A stretch of 64,000 nt of DNA from Macrostomum lignano (Eukaryota): NCBI GenBank assembly GCA_002269645.1, contig NIVC01003073.1, forward strand, positions 5,236 to 69,235. Reading direction: 5' to 3'. Positions 38,872 to 51,114 of this stretch are shown in pieces. The stretch's first letter is position 1; each line of letters opens with the position of its first letter. The position numbers and the translations under genes are program-made. The notes below the pieces were generated by a model. It was not told the DNA's origin, did not search any database, and saw nothing but the letters and a program-made list of their open reading frames with translations.

Positions 38872-39054
38872 CTTGCTTGCGCAACCTTGGAATCACTCGG
38901 CGTCGGCCGTTTCTATTGGCAACACTGCAACACACACATGTAAGTCGCTATTGGCTGAGAGCAGTGACGTGACTACTATTCCATCCAATAGCGACTTACA
39001 TGTGTGTGTTGCCAATAGAAACGGCCGGGTGAATCCCTGGGTTGCGCCCAAGCA
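38872..39054. mobile_element. Foldback/MITE-like long inverted repeat, about 180 bp
   Basis: The arm GGCCGTTTCTATTGGCAACAC...ACACACATGTAAGTCGCTATTGG pairs with CCAATAGCGACTTACATGTGTGTGTTGCCAATAGAAACGGCC around a ~30-nt loop. Confidence 0.7.
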
Positions 39055-40333
39055 TGTTCTGGACTGTTATAAGACTACCCGATTTAGATATTAGACTACT
39101 GAGAGATCAGAGATGTCGATGTCGAGAATCTTGTCCCCCAGCTCCAGTTCCTGGCTGGGCCCATTCTGGCAAAAGTTTTTATTTTTTGTCATTCTACTTG
39201 TGACGAATTTATTCTATTTATCTCTTACCTGATCATTCCAAGATTTTTCAAGGTCCAATATTGAATATGATTATCCATATCAACATGCAATTTTTGGCCT
39301 AGGCCCTCAGCCTAGTCATGATTTATATTATATTTTATAATATATAATATGACATAGGCCTATTATTTTACTGTGTACAGTGCATATGCAATGAATGCAT
39401 ATCATGCCATAGTCAGCAAGGTGGCATTTTTCTTTGAATTTTATAGCATAAAAATTGTATCTGCTATAAAGATTAAATAAAATGAATATTTTAGTTGACT
39501 TGATTCAAATATTGAACAGAACTGATTCAAATACCAGATATTGAATATGATTATGAATATTAGGCCCTAATAATATTGAATATAAATATTTTAGTCTTTA
39601 ATATTTTCACCTTGATACTCATTAGACATTAGTCACTTGTCAGCCAGGATAGAATTCTTAGACAAAAGTAGTTACATATTTGTGCATGCTAAAAAGGCCT
39701 ACTTGCAGGCACTTTAAAGCTATATGCCTAAGCATATTATATTTGTGCATTCTTAGGCAAAAAGCTTTTTGTTGCCAAATCATAGGCTTTGACTTTTACT
39801 TGTATACAACATGGTTATTTTTAGCTAATATAATACATATTTGTATGCCATCCCAAGAATATGCATGTGCATTTTCTTTCCCCTAAGCAAGACTTTTATC
39901 CAGGATTATTAGTAGTTGTCAAAGTAACTATTTGGTAGTTAGATTGTCAACTTTCTATTTTGATCTTATAAGTCTTATAAAATGAGATGCAACTTGTATA
40001 CTAAGTATCTACATTAATAAATCCATAGTTGGTTTTATTTTTAAGCTTTTGCTGCAAGAAAATTGATAAACTACTATCATTTGTGCCAGTCTTATATGAG
40101 GCTTATCACTTATATTATATACCTAACATAATGAACAGGAGTAGAGGGTAGCAGCTATATTTGAATGTTGCAAAAAAACTGACAATGATAATATAGCTTT
40201 ATATAGGAGTTTTTTCTGTTAATGAAGTTGAATTCTTTCATTCTTTCATGTAAAAAATAAAATGATTAAATATATAAAAAAGAAATGAATGAGAGAACAA
40301 GTATTAACTTGTTTTCATTTACTTATATTTAAT

Positions 40334-40373
40334 TACCAATGCATTTTGACCCTTGTAAGTCATTGTCAGGGCA
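40334..40373 (-). ncRNA. Decayed minimal type I hammerhead ribozyme motif (inverted pLTR)
   Basis: TGCC CTGACAA T GACT TACAAG GGTC AAAA TGCAT T GGTA; core positions G8 and G12 are mutated. Confidence 0.6.
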
Positions 40374-41304
40374 GTAATGAAATTGAAAATTACCACCAAT
40401 TTCCTGGGACACCTCCATGCGGAATGTGGTCCTAAGCTGCATGTTGAAGCTTTTTTGAACAGTTTTTTTCACTTTTTTCTTGAACTCTGTTGCAACTTTC
40501 CTAGTCATTTCTTAGTTCACCTTTATTTGTCTCTGTTTACTCTGTTTTCTCTCTCTCTGTCTTGCTTAATCTTGTTATTCTTCTCTCTCTCTCCCTTGCT
40601 GCCTTCTGATTGGCTCTCCATTCTTGCCTATCTCTTCAGTCGCGCACTTTACCCCTCTCCTTATTATCTGGAGTCTAAATTAGTCATATAAATATACTTG
40701 TTTGGGCCCTGTGCTCACTTACTAGCTTATCTTAGATTCAATTTAACTCTAATTTAAATATCTCATAGTTTAGTCTTAGTATTTTCTCTACAAACTCAAT
40801 CGAGCACAGTGTCCCAGTATGTCTGCAACTTGAAGTCCCATGTGCCTTGGCCTCTCAATGTAGGTGTTGTTTATAAATTTCACTGCTCTAGTGACTAGAG
40901 TATTTTGTACATTAGAAAAATTAAGCAACACTTGTACACTAGGGTCAAGGAGCACTGGACCAAAAGATCTGCTGTACAGGAGCACCTTCTCACATGCAAC
41001 TCATGCTGTAACAGCAAGCCAATTGATTTATTTAAGATTATCTATTTTTGCCACCATGAGCACACTTTGAACAATCTTAGAGGCTATGTACATCAAAGAT
41101 CAGAACCTAAGCCTAAACTGCCAGCTAGCTATGGGGGGGGGTGCCAGCCGCGTACTCAGCATGTTTTAGCTTGGAGTATACATTACTGCACCGTGTGTTA
41201 GAACTTGTTTCAATTGAAAACTACGTACACGAATTTATATTGTGTATTCACTATATTATAGGCACATTTATTCAACTGTTTATTAAACTTTTCAATTTCA
41301 TTAC

Positions 41305-41344
41305 TGCCCTGACGATGACCTACAAGGGTAAAAATGCATTGGCA
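41305..41344 (+). ncRNA. Decayed minimal type I hammerhead ribozyme motif (Penelope pLTR)
   Basis: TGCC CTGACGA T GACC TACAAG GGTA AAAA TGCAT T GGCA: stem I TGCC/GGCA, CUGANGA box and palindromic ATGCAT stem III; the GAAA box is mutated. Confidence 0.65.
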
Positions 41345-41787
41345 ATTAAATTAAAGTAAATAAAAACAACTTAATGTTTGTTCTCTTATTCGTTTTATTC
41401 CTATTTATTAAGTGAGTTACTCTACCAGAATAAAAAGAAAATAATGTACAATTTGTCAGGTTATGGCAGGATTTTTGGAAGTTACATTCTACTTTTTAAT
41501 GATAAATACAATGATAGACATGTTGCTATTCAAATTTTCTACTTTTCAAATGAAATACAATTATGCCTAAAATATAAGTGATTCTTTTTGTGCTAGACCA
41601 TTTATACTGAATCATTTTTTTCTAGTGGTTTTGATGCCAGGCCATATATGCCAAGGCTAATAAAAATATAGGTAAAAGATTAGATTTAATAAAAAAACAT
41701 TTATTACATTTTATTTGAACATAATTAATCTTTTGTTACTTTTTATATGCTGCTTGCATACAGAATTTGCAGTCTGCAGCTTTGGCC

Positions 41788-44700
41788 ATGCCACCAGCCT
41801 GTCTGAAAGGGACTGGATCATCTCAGGCAATGAAAAGCCTTCCCAGAGAGCAGTTCATTGTGGCCCAGTCGCACATTCACCCTCGCTGTCTTGGGCTGTT
41901 TGCCCGCAAGCCTGTGCCCCGTGGTGCAGTGCTTGGCCCACTGGAGGCTCCTCTGGTTGACCAACATTGCACAGGACAGTTTCTTGTGCCACTGCTGACA
42001 GCTCGGGGATTGCAATATTTTGATCTGACTGATGTAAATAAGTGCAACTGGCTCGTGTTCTTGCAGCCTCGGAAGGTGAGCATAACAGTGTCACACAGAT
42101 CAGCATAGCAGTGTCACACAGATCAGCATAGCAGTGTCATACAGATCAGCATAGCAGTGTCACATGGATCAGCATAGCAGTGTCACATGGATCAGCATAG
42201 CAGTGTCACACAGATCAGCATAACAGTGTCACACAGATCAGCATAGCAGTGTCACATGGATCAGCATAGCAGTGTCACATGGATCAGCATAGCAGTGTCA
42301 CATAGATCAGCATAGCAGTGTCACATGGATCAGCATAGCAGTGTCACACAGATCAGCATAGCAGTGTCACACAGATCAGCATAGCAGTGTCACACAGATC
42401 AGCATAGCAGTGTCATATGGATCAGCATAGCAGTGTCACATGGATCAGCATAGCAGTGTCACATAGATCAGCATAGCAGTGTCACATGGATCAGCATAGC
42501 AGTGTCACACAGATCAGCATAGCAGTGTCACACAGATCAGCATAGCAGTGTCACACAGATCAGCATAGCAGTGTCACAGGGATCAGCATAGCAGTGTCAC
42601 ATGGATCAGCATAGCAGTGTCACAGGGATCAGCATAGCAGTGTCACATGGATCAGCATAGCAGTGTCACATGGATCAGCATAGCAGTGTCACATGGATCA
42701 GCATAGCAGTGTCACATGGATCAGCATAGCAGTGTCACAGGGATCAGCATAGCAGTGTCACACAGATCAGCATAGCAGTGTCACATGGATCAGCATAGCA
42801 GTGTCACATGGATCAGCATAGCAGTGTCACATGGATCAGCATAGCAGTGTCACATGGATCAGCATAGCAGTGTCATATGGATCAGCATAGCAGTGTCACA
42901 TGGATCAGCATAGCAGTGTCACATGGATCAGCATAGCAGTGTCACATGGATCAGCATAGCAGTGTCATATGGATCAGCATAACAGTGTCACACAGATCAG
43001 CATAGCAGTGTCATACAGATCAGAATAACTGTGTCACACAGATCAGCATAGCAGTGTCATATGGATCAGCATAGCAGTGTCACATGGATCAGCATAGCAG
43101 TGTCACATGGATCAGCATAGCAGTGTCACATGGATCAGCATAGCAGTGTCACATGGATCAGCATAGCAGTGTCACACAGATCAGCATAGCAGTGTCACAT
43201 GGATCAGCATAGCAGTGTCACAGGGATCCGCATAACAGTGTCACATGGATCAGCATAGCAGTGTCACACAGATCAGCATAGCAGTGTCACATGGATCAGC
43301 ATAGCAGTGTCACATGGATCAGCATAGCAGTGTCACATGGATCAGCATAGCAGTGTCACATGGATCAGCATAGCAGTGTCACAGGGATCAGCATAGCGGT
43401 GTCACATGGATCAGCATAGCAGTGTCACATGGATCAGCATAGCAGTGTCACATAGATCAGCATAGCAGTGTCACACAGATCAGCATAGCAGTGTCACATG
43501 GATCAGCATAGCAGTGTCACATGGATCAGCATAGCAGTGTCACATGGATCAGCATAGCAGTGTCACAGGGATCCGCATAACAGTGTCACATGGATCAGCA
43601 TAGCAGTGTCACACAGATCAGCATAGCAGTGTCACAGGGATCCGCATAACAGTGTCACATGGATCAGCATAGCAGTGTCACACAGATCAGCATAGCAGTG
43701 TCACATGGATCAGCATAGCAGTGTCACATGGATCAGCATAGCAGTGTCACATGGATCAGCATAGCAGTGTCATATGGATCAGCATAGCAGTGTCACAGGG
43801 ATCAGCATAGCAGTGTCACATGGATCAGCATAGCAGTGTCACATGGATCAGCATAGCAGTGTCACATGGATCAGCATAGCAGTGTCATACAGATCAGAAT
43901 AGCAGTGTCATATGGATCAGCATAGCAGTGTCACACAGATCAGCATAACTGTGTCACACAGATCAGCATAGCTGTGTCACATGGATCAGCATAGCAGTGT
44001 CATATGGATCAGCATAACAGTGTCACACAGATCAGCATAGCAGTGTCATACAGATCAGAATAACTGTGTCACACAGATCAGCATAGCAGTGTCACATGGA
44101 TCAGCATAGCAGTGTCATACAGATCAGAATAACAGTGTCACACAGATCAGCATAGCAGTGTCACACAGATCAGCATAGCAGTGTCACACAGATCAGCATA
44201 GCAGTGTCACACAGATCAGCATAGCAGTGTCATACAGATCAGAATAACTGTGTCACACAGATCAGCATAGCAGTGTCACATGGATCAGCATAGCAGTGTC
44301 ATACAGATCAGAATAACAGTGTCACACAGATCAGCATAGCAGTGTCACACAGATCAGCATAGCAGTGTCATACAGATCAGAATAACTGTGTCACACAGAT
44401 CAGCATAGCAGTGTCACATGGATCAGCATAGCAGTGTCACATGGATCAGCATAGCAGTGTCACATGGATCAGCATAGCAGTGTCACACAGATCAGCATAG
44501 CAGTGTCACATGGATCAGCATAGCAGTGTCATATGGATCAGCATAGCAGTGTCATATGGATCAGCATAGCAGTGTCACACAGATCAGCATAGCAGTGTCA
44601 CACAGATCAGCATAGCAGTGTCACATGGATCAGCATAGCAGTGTCACATGGATCAGCATAGCTGTGTCACATGGATCAGCATAGCAGTGTCACACAGATC

Positions 44701-47700
44701 AGCATAGCAGTGTCACATAGATCAGCATAGCAGTGTCACATGGATCAGCATAGCAGTGTCACATGGATCAGCATAGCAGTGTCACATGGATCAGCATAGC
44801 AGTGTCACATGGATCAGCATAGCAGTGTCACACAGATCAGCATAGCAGTGTCACATGGATCAGCATAGCAGTGTCACAGGGATCAGCATAGCAGTGTCAC
44901 ATGGATCAGCATAGCAGTGTCACATGGATCAGCATAGCAGTGTCACATGGATCAGCATAGCAGTGTCACACTAAGTCGGTGGCTAAAACCGCTCAATGAG
45001 AATCACCTTAACTGCATAAGCTGTAAAATCTATCAATCAAAAGGCGCCACCCCTTCACCTGCTGCAGACCTGCAGCTCGCAGCGCAGGCACAACCTACTG
45101 GCGCATCAGCGCGGCTCCCAGCTGTACTTTCGCTGCACCCAGTCTGTGCCGGCTGGCGAGGAGCTGCGCTTCGCGTTGAACCGCTGGATGGCCCGGCTGG
45201 CGCGGAGTGGCTTCTGCCGGAGTGGAGTGGCTGGTGGATGCGTTGCCAGGGCAGAGGCTGGGCGGCAGGCATCGGTGGCTGCTCTGACAGCTGTCAGGGC
45301 GCAGAGGCTGCTGGCGATGGCTCGGAGTCGGCTGTCTGAGGTGGCTTTCGGAGAGCAGCTGGCTCGGTCTGCAGCTTGTAGCGGTGAAATGGTGAGTGAG
45401 ACGGCAGTTGATGCCTGCTCACTGTGGGGCGGTGGCTTTCACAAGTGAGGCTGTAAATGTTGATCAAGCACATTCAGAGTGAGCTTAAATTTACTCATTT
45501 CAAAAATTCTAATCATTTTATTCACACATCTATTGTCATTCACACATGGTGTGTGATTCATACAAATTCTCATTCTTAGTCGTAAAACTTTCCTTTTGTC
45601 ATTCACACATTCCAGAGCTTCACAAGAATAACATTACGCACCGCATTTCCCAATTGTTTTGAGAAGAATTTCGGTCTTGTGAAAGCGGCCCACTTATTTA
45701 CTCACTCACTCATTCACTCACTTACTTCCTCACTCACTCACTCACTCATTCTCTCTCTCACTCACTCACTCACTCACTCACTCACTCACTTACTCACTCA
45801 CTCATTCATTCACTCACTCACTCACTCATTCATTCACTCACTCACTCACTCACTCACTCACTCACTTGCTTACTCGCTCACTCATTTACTCACTCACTCA
45901 CTTACTCACTCACTCATTCACTCACTCACTCACTCACTCACTCACTTGCTTACTCGCTCACTCATTTACTCACTCACTCACTTACTCACTCACTCACTCA
46001 CTTACTCACTCACTCACTCACTCTCGCTCACTCACTCACTCACTCACTCTCGCTCACCATCAGCGCCAGAGCACTGCTGCAGCCATCGGCCGGGTGTCCA
46101 CCGCCACTCTCGACCAGCTGAAGGTCCGGCTGTGCCAGCGCCGACCCGCCGCTGTGCAGGACGCCGCGGCCGCCACCGCCTCAGATTCGGAGCCGCGGCA
46201 GCTGCAGGCAGGTGAAGGCGCCGCTCAATCCGGTCAAAGCGAGCTCGTCAGCTCCGACATCAGTGGCACCGGTAAGGGCGGCCGCGGCAGCGCCAGCATC
46301 AGCTCAATTCGTCGCCGGCTGCAGCGCCGCCGGACTCGCCTTCAGCCGGCGGAGTTCTGCAGGAGGCTGCAGGCAGCGCTGGCCTCAGCCGGCTTGGAGT
46401 TCGGCTGTCGCCGCTGCGGCCTGGTGATGCCGCATCCCGCTCTGGCCGGCTTGCACTCGCGCGGCTGCGTCAAAGTCGATGTGCAGCTGGATGACGTGGC
46501 CAGCGTCCAGGTTGATGCAGCTGCCGGCTTTGCCGACTCCCTGAGACATGGCGGCCGAGTTGACTGTCCGGTCTGCTGCGCCGTGCTCCAGGTGAGCTGC
46601 CGCTGAATCCTGCTTGATGTCTGATTAGCACCTGCATGATGGGATCTCTGATTAGGGATTAACACCTGCATGATGGGATCTCTGATTAGGGATTAACACC
46701 TGTATGATGGGATTTTCTGATTAGGGATTAACACCTGCATGATGGGATCTCTGATTAGGGATTAACACCTGCATGATGGGATCTCCGATTAGGGATTAAC
46801 ACCTGCATGATGGGATCTCTGATTAGGGATTAACACCTGTATGATGGGATTTTCTGATTAGGGATTAACACCTGCATGATGGGATCTCTGATTAGGGATT
46901 AACACCTGCATGATGGGATCTCTGATTAGGGATTAACACCTGCATGATGGGATCTCTGATTAGGGATTAACACCTGCATGATGGGATCTCTGATTAGGGA
47001 TTAACACCTGTATGATGGGATCTCTGATTAAGGGATTAACACCTGCATGATGGGAGCAGTACTCTAGGCGTAGAAAAGTATACAAAAAGCGACATTTACA
47101 TGCAAAAAGTACATTATGCGCTTTGCTACAGGGCGGCGCCCGCCAGCTGGCCCAGCACGTGGACGCGGCCCACTCGCTGCCGGAGCCGCGCATCGCCGGC
47201 CTGTCAGCCGCCTGCGACTTCGGCTGCTCAGCCTGCGGCTTGGCCTTCCCCGGACAGCCCGAGCTGCTGCGCCACGCGGCCGAGGCGCACGGCGTCCGCA
47301 TGGACCCGGCAGGGCCCGTGTTCGACTCCTGCCCGCTGTGCAGCTTTGGCGACAGGTGAGGGAGAGTTGAATCAGTCTACTGGATAAACAATGCTGCGTG
47401 AGCTTCATGTAGCCGATGTAGCCGATATGTATCGAAATTAAGTTATCTTCAGGACGTAGCCGATATGTATCGAAAGTGTAGTTTTTAAGGTAGCCGATAT
47501 GTATTGAAAGCATGCTTTTCAGGCATTTGATATGTATCAAAATTAAGTTATTTTCAAGTAGCCGATATGTATCGAAAGTAATTTATTTCAGGTAGCCGAT
47601 ATGTATCGAAAGTAATTTATTTCAGGTAGCCGATATGTATCGAAAGTATGTATTTAACCCGCAGCCCCAGTGCCGGCTGCCTCCGCAACCATCTGAAGTC

Positions 47701-49717
47701 GCACTGCCAGGGCCTCGGACAGCCGGTCTGCCAGCTCTGCGGCCACTGCAGTCGCAGCCGCCGACAGCTGGCCCGGCACTACGAGGCCGCCCACCGGGAC
47801 CCTGCGCTCGGCGACTTTCCCTGCCGCGTCTGCCACCGCCGGGCCGCCACCCTCGCCCAGGCCAAGCGGCACCAGCGCAACTGCCACAGCGGCGGCGGCA
47901 CCGACAGCTCCGGCATCAGTCAGCAGCTGAAGCCGCCCCAGCAGTTTGCCTGCGACCACTGCGGTCGGAGGTTCGCCAAGCGGTCTCGCCTGCGCGACCA
48001 TCTGGCCGCCTCCAGCGTTTGCCGCAGCGGCGTTGGCAGCTCAGCCGGCAACCTGCCGGTCAGCCAGCAGCCAGTCTGCCAGGGCTGCGGCCGCAGGTTC
48101 TCGCGCAGAGACAAACTCGCCGCTCACCTCAGGCTGGGCCGTTGCAAGGGCAGCAAAGGCGTCGGCGACCTCCCCGGACGGCCCAAGAAGCCGAGATGCG
48201 TGCCGCAGGTGCCCTCCACCGATTTTGAACGGTTTATTTACAAATGCCGCGACTGCAGTCTGGGCTTCAAGCGGCGTGGGGTGCTGGTCAATCATATGGT
48301 TTGTAGTTCAATATATGATGTTCCTGTTTGTATTGGTATTCTCTTTGAGTCTATTGCTGTACGTCTGGATCTTAGCGCCACAAACTCAGTCAGCACTTTG
48401 ACCGCAGCACATTGGCATCAAAACCTTGACGTACCCTACACCTTGACGTACCCTACACCTTGACGTACCCTACACCTTGACCCCTACACCTTGACCCCTA
48501 CACCTTGACCCCTACACCTAGACCCCTACACCTTGACCCCTACACCTTGACATCAACACCTTGACCCCTACACCTTGACCCTACACCTTGACCCCTACAC
48601 CTTGACCCCTACACCTTGACCCCTACACCTTGATCCCTACACCTTGACCCCTACACCTTGACCCCTACACCTTGACATCAACACCTTGACCCCTACACCT
48701 TGACCCCTACACCTTGACCCCTACACCTTGACCCCTACACCTTGACCCTACACCTTGACCCCTACACCTTGACCCCTACACCTTGACCCCTACACCTTGA
48801 CATCAACACCTTGACCCTTGACCTCGGCACCTTGATCACTTGATCCCTATCAGGTCCGCGTGCACCCGGAAATCCCGCTGAGCAGCTTGAGCGAGCTGAA
48901 CCTGCCGCTGCTGCAGCAGGTGCGCAGCCGGCCCAACAACCTGCCCTGCCCGCTGTGCGGCAGCCTCTTCCGCTCCGACCAGCAGCGCCAGGCGCACCTG
49001 CAGCGGGTGCACGGGGTCGCCAGCCCGCCCGACCTGCACCTGCCGCCGCCACGCAGCGTCGCCTCAATGGTTGCTGCCTCGCTGGTCCCGGACTCGAATC
49101 CCGCATCTGGCTCCTCAGCATCCTCATCCGCGCCCATCATGGTGGTCTCAACGGCGCCATCCGTGATCAGCATGGCGCACTGCTGCCCGCACTGTCCGCG
49201 CCAGTACGCCAAGAAGGAGAAGCTCACCTGGCACATGCGCCAGGCCCATCCCGCTCTGGCGCCGCCAACCCGCGCCCAAATCCGCGCCGCCATCGCCAGC
49301 GGCCTGCCGCACCCGCAGCTTCAGCAGCCGCAGCAGCAGCAGCAGCAGCAGATCTGCCAGTTCAGCGAGGACTCAGAGGATCTGCTCACCCAGGCATTGC
49401 GAGAGCTCACTGGAAACGGAGCCGGGGTTGACCTGCCAGCTGAGCAGCAGCAGCAGCAGGAGGCTCCCAATGTCCAGTTCCTGCTGGTCAACTCTGCCAG
49501 CGTGCCTGTGCTGTTCAACTCCGCCGTCACCGCCGGCGCCTCCACGGCCTCTCTGGAGGATGACGCGTCCGCCATCGTGGACGAGCTGACGGCCAGGGCA
49601 GCCGCTGGCGAGTCGGCCGGTTGCCACCAGCCCGCCACCGATGAAACCGACTGGCTCGAGGGCGCCATACGGGAGGCCGGCAGCGACCAACCTGCCACTG
49701 CCGGCCCACGGTGCTGA
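41788..49717 (+). CDS. PRDM10: PR/SET-domain zinc-finger transcription factor, PRDM10-like (PRDM10/15 family), 6 coding exons, about 953 aa
   Basis: Exons 41788-42075, 45068-45391, 46064-46591, 47132-47355, 47665-48298 and 48854-49717, GT-AG with consistent phases. PR domain GPLEAPLV...DVNKCNWLVFLQP...HNLLAHQRGSQLYF...GEELRF, about 11 fingers. YKCRDCSLGFKRRGVLVNHM..VHPEIPL..LSELNLPLL and CPHCPRQYAKKEK resemble my recollection of vertebrate PRDM10. Q-rich tail. Upstream exons are possible. Confidence 0.88.
42083..44975. repeat. 23-bp minisatellite CAGTGTCACATGGATCAGCATAG, about 125 copies, filling PRDM10 intron 1
   Basis: Starts within a few bases of the donor and ends about 90 nt before the acceptor. 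Confidence 0.97.
45700..46055. repeat. (CACT)n microsatellite in PRDM10 intron 2
   Basis: Direct inspection. Confidence 0.95.
46625..47052. repeat. 34-bp minisatellite ACACCTGCATGATGGGATCTCTGATTAGGGATTA in PRDM10 intron 3
   Basis: About 12 copies. Confidence 0.95.
48425..48845. repeat. 14-bp minisatellite CCCTACACCTTGAC in PRDM10 intron 5
   Basis: Direct inspection. Confidence 0.95.
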
Positions 49718-49799
49718 GGTGCCGGCTTCCATTTTTTAGATGCACCTCAAATCGCTTCAGGCTCCAATCTTATCTCGTCTCTTTTTGATCTACTCTCAT

Positions 49800-50725
49800 C
49801 CTTATGTAATCTACTCTTACCCCTATCTGATCTACTCTCATCCCTATCTGATCTACTCTCATCCCTATCTGATCTACTCTCACCCTATCTGATCTACTCT
49901 CATCCCTATCTGATCTACTCTCATCCCTATCTGATCTACTCTCATCCCTATCTGATCTACTCTCATCCCTATCTGATCTACTCTCATCCCTATCTGATCT
50001 ACTCTTATCCCTATCTGATCTACTCTCATCCCTATCTGATCTACTCTCACCCTATCTGATCTACTCTCATCTCTATCTGATCTACTCTCACCCTATCTGA
50101 TCTACTCTCATCTCTATCTGATTTACTCTCACCCTATCTGATCTACTCTTATATCTATCTGATCTACTCTCATCCCTATCTGATCTTCTCTCATCCCTAT
50201 CTGATCTACTCTCATCCCTATCTGATCTACTCTCATCCCTATCTGATCTACTCTCATCCCTATCTGATCTACTCTCATCCCTATCTGATCTACTCTTATC
50301 CCTATCTGATCTACTCTCATCCCTATCTGATCTACTCTCACCCTATCTGATCTACTCTCATCTCTATCTGATCTACTCTCACCCTATCTGATCTACTCTC
50401 ATCTCTATCTGATTTACTCTCACCCTATCTGATCTACTCTTATATCTATCTGATCTACTCTCATCCCTATCTGATCTTCTCTCATCCCTATCTGATCTAC
50501 TCTCATCTCTATCTGATCTACTCTCATCCCCAGCTGATCTACTCTTATCCCTATCTGATCTACTCTCATCCCTATCTGATCTACTCTCATCCCTATCTGA
50601 TCTACTCTCACCCCTATCTGATCTACTCTCATCCCTATCTGATCTACTCTCATCCCTATCTATTCTACTCTTATCCCTATCTGATCTACTCTCATCCCTA
50701 TCTGATCTACTCTCATCCTTATCTA
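49800..50725. repeat. 21-bp minisatellite TCTGATCTACTCTCATCCCTA
   Basis: Direct inspection. Confidence 0.95.
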
Positions 50726-51114
50726 ATGAAGTCCCCCATCTCAGTTTCCATACTGTATTCTAATCTGCATATAAATTCGCAGTTGTTCTTCAGTTCAAAA
50801 TCATAAATTAATCAATTGAAAATTTAACCTCTGTAGTCTCACAGATCACTAAACAGCCGGTTTTGTGCTTTCAATTATTTAATTGAGTTTTGCTGTCGTG
50901 GTTAGCAAATATTTTAGCAAATATATCTAGTTTAAATAAGAGCCTGTTATTGATTGACCCAATTTTACTGACTTAATCCAATTTCTTGCAAATTTTACCT
51001 GTGCACTCAGCCGCTACATTGAGAAATGCGTAGTTTGTGTCACTGTTGCTTTAGTTTCATTTCTGGTACCATTGATACTTAAATCTTTAACACTGTTGGA
51101 TCCGCCCTTGTATC

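Larger units (their letters stand above)
40318..41355 (+). mobile_element. Penelope-like element remnant: GIY-YIG endonuclease 3' end with pLTR and an upstream inverted pLTR copy
   Basis: Degenerate frame at about 40809-41168: NLKSHVPWPLNVGVVYKFHC..*..LYIRKIKQHLYTRVKEH...SAVQEHLLTCNSC...FKII...EAMYIKDQNLSLNCQLAMGGGASRVLSMF*. The segment at about 41289-41350 recurs inverted at about 40326-40390. Confidence 0.85.
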
